From NCBI RefSeq assembly GCF_001194135.2, contig NC_068988.1, positions 36,210,838 to 36,252,627 on the forward strand: a stretch of 41,790 nt of DNA, read 5' to 3'. Positions 9,710 through 20,135 of the stretch are shown here, piece after piece; the stretch's first letter is position 1; every line of letters starts with the position of its first letter. Source of the stretch: Octopus bimaculoides. Taxonomy: Eukaryota. Both the position numbers and the translations under genes were made by a program. A model generated the notes under the pieces. That model ran no database searches. It was not told where the DNA came from and was given only the letters and a program-made list of their open reading frames with translations.

Positions 9710-11660
9710 TGTTCTGTCAAGTCTATACTTGTTGTAAAGTGTCCAATGGACAATCCTTACTATGATGTCAGGACGTCTCTTATATTCATGCTGAGTTAGT
9801 GGCGTACAGTGAATGGTCATATGCCATACGGTTTCACCATTTTCAGTTTCTGATGTGTTGTCTATTCTGTATTTGATGTAAATGATTCATAACGGTTCCT
9901 CTTAGGCAGCACAGGTGAGAGCCTACGTTTCCGGTTTTAAATCACATTTAGTAATACATAGCCATCTTTTTCTCTGTCTGTCTTATCTTCAACATCGCTA
10001 TGGAATTGTCCATACACTCTTTTCTTTAGCCACACATTTTCAGTTTCATTCATTCTCAAGTGCTTGTACAGTGCTTTATCTTTGCAATCTTCCATTCTAC
10101 ACAAGCCTGACCTTCTTACTTCTAATAATAGCAGTTTTGTGGCATTCTGTTTTCTACATACCATGCCATGTTGTTTTCTTCTACTCTAATGCTATGTTCG
10201 CATCCAATCAGTCCTCTTCATCCTCTTTTTCTTGGTACATACAGTCTGTCTGTTACTTATTGGGTGGAGTATCCCTTAGCTAGTCAGCAACTTCTTTGTC
10301 TTTCTGTCTAAGCTGTTTAGTTCGTCTACTGTCCATGCGCGCCCAGGTGTTGATAGCTTCAATCTTATTCTTTCCGTTTAATTGCGACTTAAGGATCAGT
10401 CTCAGTCTGCACAAGTACTCCACCTTAAATTTTTCTGTCATTTCTTTCTCCAGCAATTTATCCATTTCCAGTATCCCCAAAAACTTATAGCCCGATTCTT
10501 CTATTTGCTGCATAACTCCCTTCCCGACGGCATCGCTAACCCGGCCATGTATTTAATTTTGGCTCTCTTCAAGAGTAACACATCACACCTTTTCAGTCCA
10601 AACTTCATTCTGATATCAGCACTGAAAGTATACACCGTATCAACGAGGGAACTGACATAGAGTTTGAGGTCATCCATGAATAAAAAGTGGTTGACATTTT
10701 GTTGGCAGCTCTTAAATACATACCTACCCTTAGCTTTCTTCAGAATCAGTGTTAGTAGTATCATGTACAGTACAGAGATCAGTGGAGACAGGCAGTCCCC
10801 TTTGTCCTTAAACTCCTTCAATACGCTGTCCGTCATCCAATTCACCATTCTTTTTCCAAGCAGTCGCTCAACATTCAATGCAATACTAAATAGATTCATA
10901 GATTCCATAATCCCAAAATATGGGATCTTATCGTATGTCTTACGATAATCGATCCATGGCATGGATAAGTTAGATTTCCACCTCTTTCAGTCTCTAACTG
11001 CAGTTTTGTCTACCACTTATGCTTGCACCCCTTCTGCTAATGTGGGAGCACACCATTTTTAACAGATATTCATATATTGACTCTGCGACTATTCCAGTCA
11101 ATAATTTCCACATAAGTGGCAAGCAAGATATCGCCTGTAATCGTCTACCGTATTGCTTTTTCGATATTTTTCAAGCACAGCACTCTCCTACCCATTGTCA
11201 ACCACTCTGGTGTTATTTGGCATTTAACAAGGTGTTGAGTTGTACGGCTATTCGTCATGACATTCACGAAAGCTTTTGATTCAGTAGCCTTGAACATATG
11301 GTCTCGGGTCCTTCCAGTTGTCCATATTTTTGCTGATTTCCTTCACTTCCCTAACTGAAATGACCATTTCTGCCTGTCGTGGACAAACTACTGTCTGTTT
11401 CAGTTCTTGCAACCATTTAGCATCCTTCTTGTGCTCCTTGTCTTTGCTCCACATTTCACTCCAAAACATTTAACCTTTAATTTCATCTGGTACCTACTTT
11501 TCATCTGTACACTCTCCATTTATTTGTTTGTAGAAACTCTACTGAATAACCTATTCTACTCGTATCCCTTCATTCTTTTGTCGAATATTGCCATCTTTGC
11601 TTTCTTTGCAACGAGGCGCTATTACCACCTTCAGGACCTTTCTTTCAATATAATACTTCC
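9660..11660 (-). mobile_element. R4/Dong-like RLE non-LTR retrotransposon remnant (RT, thumb, zinc-knuckle region; 3' end missing)
   Basis: FWSEMWS..WLQELK..NWKDPRP, WIDYRKTYDKIP, GDCLSPL, NHFLFMDDLKLY, MKFGLKRC, YKFLGILE..EYLCRLRLILKSQLNGKNKIEAINTWA, YGQF and CTPLTQHEYKRRPD..IVHWTLYNKY..WYEHK appear in the correct order across frameshifts. Confidence 0.9.
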
Positions 11661-11662
11661 AA

Positions 11663-11706
11663 TTATTATTATTATTATCATCATCATCATCACCATCATC
11701 ACTATT
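11663..11706. repeat. (ATT)n/(ATC)n tract; reads (TAA)n on the sense strand of the adjacent element
   Basis: Direct reading. Confidence 0.9.
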
Positions 11707-11719
11707 CAATACCAGGTTA

Positions 11720-12430
11720 TTTTAAATGGGCAATCAATCATAGTTTCACTAATCCGGGTAATTATCTCCGGCACCTTCTGAAATGTTGTAAGGGGACATT
11801 GCACTACTTTTCATGTAAAATCTACTTCATTACTTTTGGTGAGGCTGGCATATTGAAGCGGCTCTTGACTAAATACTACAAAATGCACCAGAAATGAAAT
11901 TTGTACTGAAATCCTAATTTGGAGAGCGGGGCAGTCCTTGTAGCCTTCTTCTCCTGTGGTCTTTGTACAAATTTTGATACCTATTAGCCGTGTGGATAGA
12001 CTCTTTTTCATTCTGGAATAGTGCGCTAACTCGATTAAAAAATGTGTACCAGAAGATGCATATGATCAGCCAAAGTACTGAGATAATTATTTAGTCCACG
12101 ATATGGCTTCCAAAATACTATCAGGTCCAACTCTACGTCTTCCGTAAGAGGCCAAGACATGAGGATTGAAGGCTTATTTGGGTCGAATCCAGACTTAAAA
12201 CATTTCCGATTTTCGAAATAGGATGAATAGAGGTTCCTCAGCGATGATATAACCTCACTGACCATGTTTGATGAGCCAGACATCATTCTTTCCGCTTATC
12301 ATGGCGTACAGGAGAGGCGTAGCAATTGCAACCCTCCCATCATATCCAACTTTCAAGAGCTGTCGACGAAGTATTTTGTGGACAGCGAGGCAATGTGATG
12401 TTTTGTCTATGCTGTCACTGTGGTGTCGCA
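11720..12430 (-). mobile_element. Tc1-like transposase remnant
   Basis: TVHKILRRQLLKVGYDGRVAIATPLL, YLSTLADHMH and LFQNEKESIHTA..LPRSPN resemble the Tc1 GRVARKKPLL, FQQDNAPIHTA and WP..SPDLN motifs; heavily frameshifted. Confidence 0.7.
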
Positions 12431-13177
12431 TTTAGGTCGCTTTTAAACACATTAGTTTCAATGCATTGTGTTCTCTCTCAGTGAACTTCAAAAGCATCAA
12501 AATGTTCAAATGTCGGTGTATTTCTTTAAGATGTAGTTGGCTATATTGATTAAAGTAACGTTGAATTCTAAACAAATTCGTCTGTAAATAGGTAAAATTG
12601 GAAATACGACATTAAAATGTGTTTACTGATTATAGAAAATGCGTGTTATATCGGCGAACATAATTTCTGTGACAACGTAAATTTAAAATTCTTGGTGTTC
12701 GTAAGAATTCAAATAGAATGATTTGAAATCCTCAAACTGTAACTAAGTGTCATGAGATTATTTTATTGAAGAATGCTAAACTCTCTGGAATAATACATAT
12801 ATAAACACAAACTAAATTTTTAAGGACACTGTATTTTGGGAAGGTATCAATACACAGAACACGAAACAATCTATATAATCGTTGCTAACGGGCTCTCTCA
12901 GATTAGAACGTCAATTTACTATTCGGTGGTGGTTTTTATTTTCGAATTTCGTTTCCCTTTTCAAAAAGAGGGAGATCGATACATACCGCACACGGAAAAT
13001 AATTATTGTTGCTGTTATGATCAACTAAGCTCTTTCAAGTTGGTGTCAATATAGTGGCATTACAAACATTCAAACAAGTAAAAGATAAGAGAAAATTACA
13101 CATCTATATATCGATAAATCTATTGCTATCTATAATAATCCTTCTCTCACTCTGTCTTGCTTTATTTCTCTTGTCAT

Positions 13178-13186
13178 ATATATATA

Positions 13187-13231
<45 letters not shown>

Positions 13232-13525
13232 NNNNNNNNNNNNNNNNNNNNNNNNNNNNNNNNNNNNNNNNNNNNNNNNNNNNNNNNNNNNNNNNNNNNN
13301 NNNNNNNNNNNNNNNNNNNNNNNNNNNNNNNNNNNNNNNNNNNNNNNNNNNNNNNNNNNNATTATGTATTTATATATATATATTTATTTATAAATGTGTG
13401 TGTGTATATATATATGTGTGTGCGTGTGTATGTATGCATATATATATGTATGCATGCATGTATGTATGTATGTATGTATGTATGTATGTATGCATGTATA
13501 TATGTATGTATGTATGTATGTATAC
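13178..13525. repeat. (TA)/(TG)/(TATG)n compound microsatellite flanking gap 13232-13360
   Basis: Direct reading. Confidence 0.9.
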
Positions 13526-13849
13526 AAGCTGTTTCAATGGGGAAAATTATTCAGTGTGTAATGTGACAACGAAACAGAAATAATCTTGAATTGAAATATA
13601 ATTTCACTGGGTCATGTTCCTGATAAATAGCATTTAATGAAGCTGGTGTAAATGTTTAGTGATTATAGAATCAATATCTTTCAATATTAATTTTTTATAT
13701 TCGACGATGCATACAGATGAACGCCCGCATTTTACGATAATTCAGCCATAATCATTTATAACCATCAATGTTCATATTTATTTGCATATTCATGCACAAA
13801 ACGGACATATAGTTCCACACATTCAACACTCATGCACATATGCATATCG

Positions 13850-13886
<37 letters not shown>

Positions 13887-14815
13887 CATTCATACAAACA
13901 TACGCACACAGACACACGCTCTGATATACTCAAGCATACACACACGCATATATATGTGTATATGTGTGTGCGTATGAATATAAACTGAGGCACACATTTG
14001 CTTCTATATGAATATATGTTCATATATCTGTAAAATAGTTGTCCGTATGAAGTGTCAAAAGAACGCAGGCAGTCCTACATATTAACAAAATTATATCATT
14101 TTACGTGTTTCTGTACGTATATATGTAAATATAAAATAGATACGTAAAAATATACAAGAATGTACATAGCATATTCCATGCATTTAATATTAACTTGTGT
14201 GAATAGCTCCAAACTAACTGTTTTTCAAAATCTCAAACAAAATATATTTTGTGCATCGCAAAAATTGATTTTAGAAATGTTCTACCCAATGAATTTACAT
14301 AGTATTTCTTCTACTCTATCTGACAGCCAAAACTTGCATTGTACATTTAGGACACATCACTTAATAAAACTTTAGCAGTATATTCAATTCATTTTTGTTC
14401 ATAAAAATGCATATGCACAGACACACATGCACACACAAACACACACAAATACGCATGGTCACGCACACATACATACAATACACACACGACACACGCATAA
14501 ACACACGTTTTTACCAGTACGACAATGTGCATGCACATGTATATATATGTATATGTGTATTTTGCTTTGAAAAGTCATTCACACACGCACGCAACCACGC
14601 ACACACATATACTGGTGCCATTTTTTGTCTCTCAAGCATACAAAGCACGCATTCTTCATGAAAGGTGTATTGTCCATAGGATCAACTGCAATATTTCATT
14701 TCTTTTCAGAAACATCGTAATCAACGAAAAATTTATCGAAGTTCGATGTAATATTTGTGTAGGCATGAAAAAGGAATTGCTATTGTTACATTATTTCTTT
14801 ACATTTTCGTATATG

Positions 14816-14818
<3 letters not shown>

Positions 14819-14900
<82 letters not shown>

Positions 14901-14945
14901 CAGAGAGAGAGTGTGTGGGAGGGTGAGAGAGAGAGAGAGAGGGGA
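14819..14945. repeat. (CT)n-(TA)n-(GA)n compound microsatellite
   Basis: Direct reading. Confidence 0.9.
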
Positions 14946-15492
14946 CCTGTATACATGTGTGTATGCATGCATTTATGCGTGTCTGTGTGCATGTGTGTGT
15001 GGGCGTATGTATACATATATAAGCCTTTTGAATGTTCATATTGTTAGAACGCCAACAATTAATTGGATATTAGCTACAATATCTAACATTTTAGTTGATT
15101 CTATTTATAAAATTTTAAAGAGAAATTTTAGATATTGTTAATACAATGACACAAATAAATTGAAAATTCCTTTTCCTCGGTCGTCATGCAAATTTTAACA
15201 GACTTCAACTGCATCGAATCTCAACGGAATGCCAGATTGAAACCTGTTGCTAATAAACCAGCAAACCCCCTTATCTATTGAGAAGCAAAAGCAGCATTAG
15301 GTAATTCAACCTGGTAACGAATCCAGCATCCCATTCAATAACAACTCCCTATGAAATGCAAACATCTGCTCTATTAAATAGTAACCTTTCTTCCAGTGCT
15401 TTTCCAATGGGAAACGGCACTCCCCAGTCGTACGTAGATTAAATTAATTCTGCCACTCACTCTGCAGTAAAATATCTGATGCTTGGATTATT

Positions 15493-16756
15493 TATGAGAT
15501 CGTCAAGCATGAAATTTGTAGAAAAGAAAAAAGTTTGCTAATGTTTTATAAATACAATGAATAGTTTTATTTATTAATGTATGCACCCACATTGTCAATA
15601 CACTTTGCCCGGTAGTTTGCCCAGCCCGGAACTGTAAAAGCCTGGCAATCTAGAGTGAATGAATTCTTGGAAGGCCTGTTTTACAGCATCGTCGGAAATA
15701 ATTTTTTTTCCTATCAAAAACTTATGCAAATTCTTGAAGAAGTGGTAGTCTGTGGGGGCAATATCAGGTGAGTATGGTGGATGAGAACTTCCAATTGCAA
15801 CACCTGTAGTTTCGACAATATCATTTTTGCGATGTGTGGTCTGGAGTTGTGTTGTAATAAAATAGGACTGGATCTGTTGACTAATCTAGGCTGTTCTTTT
15901 CTAAGTTTCTGTATCACTTGGTCCAGTTAGCTGCAGTATACTCCGGCCGTGATTGATGAGCCAGGTTTAATGAAATCATAATGGATCACACCTGCGCCAG
16001 AGCACCAAACACCTACCATCAGCTTCTTTTGATGAATTTTGCTTTTGGACTGTTTTGGTGGCTCGTCTCTGCCCAACCATTGTGCTGGTCTTTTACAGTT
16101 GTTATATTGAATTCATTTCTCATCACATGTTACAATTCGATTAAAAAAAGATTCATTTTTCTGACGAGAAAGTAGCATAGTGCAGGCTTCCAAACGTTGC
16201 TGTTTCTGATTTTTGTTGGGTTCATGTGGAACCCGCTTATCCAACATTTTTTCACTTTACCGATTTGAAAACTAGTTAAGGCAATATTGTTTGCTTACTA
16301 CCACCAAATTGCAGTGATAATTCACGGACACTTTGAGACGGATCTGACTCGACGGTGGCTTTCAGTTCGCCCTTATCCACCTTTGTTTCTGGTCGACGGC
16401 GTTGCTCATTTGTGAGATCAAAGTTACCAGAACGAAATTTGATACAGTCTGTTGTGTAATAACATTAGAATGAAATCCTCCATTGATATTCCGAGCTGTC
16501 TGTGATGTTGTATTTCCAAGAAAGAACACCAATTTAGAAACAGTACGAATTTCTGACTGATCCATGTCTAAACAAAAATAGCGAAAACGATTTATAAACA
16601 CATTATAAAGCGCAAAATGAGTTACAATAAAAAATTAAATGTGTCAGCTTTCTAACAGAAAATAAAGATTGTCAAAATATAATAACGGCACAAAATAAGT
16701 AGCAGTCAAAATTTACCGTATACCTTACTACAAATTTCATATTTGCTGACCTAATA
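15493..16756 (-). mobile_element. Near full-length inactivated mariner (Hsmar1/cecropia-like) with both TIRs
   Basis: TIRs at 15493-15521 (tatgagatcgtcaagcatgaaatttgtag) and 16728-16756 (reverse complement tattaggtcagcaaatatgaaatttgtag), TA at both ends, 1264 bp. Transposase remnant 16565 to 15567: MDQSEIR..GNT..TARNIN, IVTCDEK, KKLMVGVW, ILLQHNSRPH, HPPYSPDIAPTDYHFF, GAYINK*. Confidence 0.93.
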
Positions 16757-16864
16757 GTTAAACCTAAGTTTAACTACCAGAGAATTTGATGTAAATGTGT
16801 TCTATGCATATGATACGGTTAGTCATTGAGGTCAAACATATTTACTGAAACATTTTAGAACACA

Positions 16865-17207
16865 TAGGCGCTGTCGTGGTTCTGTGGCAAGAAAACTTAC
16901 TGCTCAATCACATGGTTCCAGTTCAGTCCCACTGCGTGGCACCTCGAGCAGGTGTCTTCTATAGATTCTGGCCGACTAAAAACTTGTGAGAGATTGTGCT
17001 GGACGGAAACTGACAGAAGCCCGTCGCACATATACATGTGTGTGTGTCTTTGTGTCTGTGTTTGTCCCCTGCCATTACTCGACAACTGATGCTGGTACGT
17101 TTACGTCTCCCGTAACTTAGCGTACCATTCGACTAAACATTCTTCAAGGTAATACCCCAGCATAGCTGCAGTCTAATGACTGATCCAATTAAAGGATAAA
17201 GATAAAA
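16865..17207 (+). mobile_element. tRNA-derived SINE, family B, near full length
   Basis: taggcgctgtcgtggttctgtggcaag head, ttcagtcccactgcgtggcacc, gacggaaactgacagaagcccgtcg, internal (TG)n and a GATAA-like tail. Homologous pieces at 18498, 20022, 20495, 29614 and 30846. Confidence 0.8.
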
Positions 17208-17264
17208 TATAAACACCCAACAACAAGTTTCAAAATTTCAAAAGTTATATATTTTGCAGAAATG

Positions 17265-18014
17265 CAAAAAACCGAAAATATGCAATATTATTTCATTCAC
17301 TTGGTTTTACATGCTTACACCTTTATTGCCTTCCAAGTATTCTAGATTTCAAGTTATGTATCAGTCCAGACGCGTTTTCCACTGTCTGAAGCAATGCTGG
17401 GACTCGTGAGAAGTGAATTCCTTTTAACGCCTACATCGGTTTTTCTTCACCTTTTCCACCTCTGCAAATTCTGTAGTACCAGCTTTCGTTACCAATGATG
17501 ATCTTCGTAAAACGGACCTGGTCGGCTGGAGCCCCATGACACACCAACATATTCGTCAATTGTGTGACGGTCTCCCAAGTTGAGTTCATTAATTTTCATG
17601 ATGTTTTCATTCGTTCGGGTAGTCGTCGGTCGCTCTGAACCACATTGGTCCTCAAGCGACAAGTGACCATTCCTAAAGCGTGGAAACCACTCGTAAACTA
17701 GTGCTTTGTTCATGGCAGCGCCCCTCTAAGCTGTTTGAAGCTTGACAACTGTTTCGGCAGCCATTTTCTCCAGAAGAAAACAGAATTTCACGGATGTACG
17801 CTGTTCCTTCGTTTCAGCTACGTAAACATAGACAAATAGTAGAGAAGCATTACAAAACAAAGACGCACCGAGTGCAGTATTAACCCACACATCGTTGCCA
17901 GTCGGTAGATTGTTGCCTGAAGGTCACATCGAGTAGCTTCTAGCGGGGGTAGCCTGAACTACAACGGGCTTACCACAGAGAACGTTTCCGGTTACTTTTG
18001 GGTACCCCCTCGTA
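17265..18014 (-). mobile_element. Internally deleted mariner (second family)
   Basis: TIR reverse complement tacgagggggtacccaaaagtaaccgg ends at 18014. N-terminus EQRTSVKFCFLLEKMAAETV..MNKALVYEWFPRFRNGHLSLED..SERP is joined near 17490 to the C-terminus CFRQWKTRLD..EYLEGNK; the catalytic core is deleted. Confidence 0.85.
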
Positions 18015-18166
18015 TACTTGAACAGTGAGTAGAAGCGTAATTGCAGGCCTCGCATATATACAAAGTTACACAATAATAATAAGAAGCCACAAAACTGCAT
18101 GACACTAAGGTGTAATGTCATGCAGAAATAGTTTCAAAACTATCGAATGACTGATTAATTAGTGAA

Positions 18167-18474
18167 GGCGCGTGGCTTATTGGTTAGTGCATTCGGCGCA
18201 CGATCGTAAGGTCGTGAGTTCAATTCCTGGCAACGCGTTGTGTCCTTGAGCAAAACACTTTATTTCACGTTGCTCCAGTCCTCTCAGCTGGTAAAAATGA
18301 GTAGTACCTGTATTTCAAGGGCCCGGCCTTGTCACACGTTGTGTCACGCTGAATCTTCCTGAGAACTACGTTAGGGGTACACGTGTCTGTGGATTGCTCA
18401 GCCACTTGCACGTTAATTTCACGAGCAAGCTGTTCCGTTGATCGTAACCGACGGAGTGCTCCTCTCTGATTAAT
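18167..18474 (+). mobile_element. tRNA-derived SINE, family C, full length with 12-bp TSD
   Basis: A-box tggcttattgg, B-box gagttcaattcc, then gtgtccttgagcaaaacact. The direct repeat TGATTAATTAGT lies at 18152-18163 and 18475-18486. Confidence 0.88.
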
Positions 18475-18497
18475 TGATTAATTAGTCTAAATAGAAT

Positions 18498-18735
18498 ATC
18501 TTTTATCTTTTACTTGTTTTAGTCATTAGCCTGCGGACCTGCTCTTTTTTAAAGCCTGGTATTTATCATATCGGTCACCGCTATGTTACAAAGACGTGAA
18601 TACACCAAGACCGGTTGTCACGCTGTGATGGGAGACACACCAACACAGGTTGTCAAGCAGAGCGTTGATTGGAGATACATCAATACCGATTGTCAAGCGG
18701 TGATGGGAGACAAGTACTTACAGAAAGGCACACAC
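18498..18735 (-). mobile_element. SINE family B 3' portion with an internal ~37-bp unit in three copies
   Basis: ttttatcttttacttgttttagtcatt is the reverse complement of the family B tail; ggttgtcaagcggtgatgggagaca-like unit repeated at 18601-18713. Confidence 0.7.
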
Positions 18736-18749
18736 AAAATAATAGAATG

Positions 18750-18968
18750 AAAAAAAAATAATAATAAATAAATAAATAAATGGAAAACGGCAAATTAACA
18801 CACAACACCCGAATCCAACAGTGTAGTACCTCTACTTGCTCTTACCTTTCAGTTTATCGTTCTATCACCTTATCTTTCAGTAATAAGCACCCTAAAAGGA
18901 GATAGTAGTAAGCAACCTAAAATTAAGACTTAAGCTGACGACTGGAGTTAGTGGCTAATATCACATTT
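18750..18968. repeat. Unclassified interspersed repeat X, copy 1
   Basis: Aligns along its length with 26205-26428 (gcaaattaacacacaa..gaatccaa..ctctac..agtttatc..caacctaaa.ttaaga..gagttagtgg..aatatca). Confidence 0.75.
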
Positions 18969-19204
18969 GTATGTGTGTATATATATATATATATATTTCT
19001 ATAAGGTTGAGGAGGGTATTGGATTTAACCAAACCCAAATGATACTGGTAATACCGAGTAAGTACTGTATACCGACTAGTTATGCCCCAGTCGTTGTATG
19101 AACAGGATTGGGGATTATAAGTCGTGTATTAGCGTGTGTATGTATAAATATATAAAAGTATAAAGAGAGCAATGGTAAAGTTGGAAATACATTTTATGGA
19201 TAGA

Positions 19205-19253
19205 GTCTTACAGCTGTTTCAGGGAAGATCGAATGCTTCCCTTCATCGGGGAC
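19205..19253 (-). ncRNA. Minimal type I hammerhead-like motif (U4C), left arm
   Basis: Reverse complement: gtcc CCGATGA agggaag-cattcgat-cttccct GAAA cagctg TA agac. Stem I has a C/A mismatch next to the core. Confidence 0.55.
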
Positions 19254-19346
19254 AGAAATAGTAAAAGAATCGATTATTATATCCATATCACTTCATACTA
19301 TAACTCTCCGCTTATGGATATAATAATCGATTCCTTTACTATATCT

Positions 19347-19395
19347 GTCTCCGATGAAGGGAAGCATTGGATCTTCCCTGAAACAGCTGTAAGAC
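19347..19395 (+). ncRNA. Minimal type I hammerhead-like motif (U4C), right arm
   Basis: gtct CCGATGA agggaag-cattggat-cttccct GAAA cagctg TA agac: 4-bp stem I, perfect 7-bp stem II, palindromic stem III, GTA site. Confidence 0.68.
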
Positions 19396-20021
19396 TCTAT
19401 CCATAAAATATATTTCCAACTTTACCATTGCTCTCTTTATCCTTTTATATATTTATACATATATATTTAAATATATATATATACATGCGTGTGCGTATGT
19501 GTATGCGTGTGTATCTTTTAAATTTGTTTATATTAACGTCAAGGCCATTCAAATAAACCTCCTATTTCATTATGCCCGCTACCCTCTAATGANNNNNNNN
19601 NNNNNNNNNNNNNNNNNNNNNNNNNNNNNNNNNNNNNNNNNNNNNNNNNNNNNNNNNNNNNNNNNNNNNNNNNNNNNNNNNNNNNNNNNNNNNNNNNNNN
19701 NNNNNNNNNNNNNNNNNNNNNNNNNNNNNNNNNNNNNNNNNNNNNNNNNNNNNNNNNNNNNNNNNNNNNNNNNNNNNNNNNNNNNNNNNNNNNNNNNNNN
19801 NNNNNNNNNNNNNNNNNNNNNNNNNNNNNNNNNNNNNNNNNNNNNNNNNNNNNNNNNNNNNNNNNNNNNNNNNNNNNNNNNNNNNNNNNNNNNNNNNNNN
19901 NNNNNNNNNNNNNNNNNNNNNNNNNNNNNNNNNNNNNNNNNNNNNNNNNNNNNNNNNNNNNNNNNNNNNNNNNNNNNNNNNNNNNNNNNNNNNATATATA
20001 TATATATATATATATATATAC

Positions 20022-20135
20022 CAGGGGCGTCGTTCAGTCTCTGTCTATCTTATCCACACACAAATCTTTGGTGAACCCAAAGACAACAGCCTGGAACTAT
20101 GTGGTTCAGAAGCAAGCTTCTTACCGCACAGCTAG
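20022..20135 (-). mobile_element. SINE family B degenerate 5' fragment
   Basis: gaactatgtggttcagaagcaagcttcttaccgcacagcta matches the reverse complement of the family B head. Confidence 0.6.

Larger units (their letters stand above)
19141..19459. repeat. Long palindrome: 147-bp arms, 25-nt spacer; probable inverted Penelope-like terminal repeat
   Basis: 19141-19287 versus the reverse complement of 19313-19459 shows 6 mismatches and no indels by manual alignment. The Penelope assignment is inferred from the embedded minimal hammerheads. Confidence 0.9.

Noticed and set aside
18167-18237. tRNA-like sequence with A and B boxes
   Set aside because: Acceptor and anticodon stems are imperfect, and it continues into a SINE body with a TSD; it is a SINE head, not a tRNA gene.
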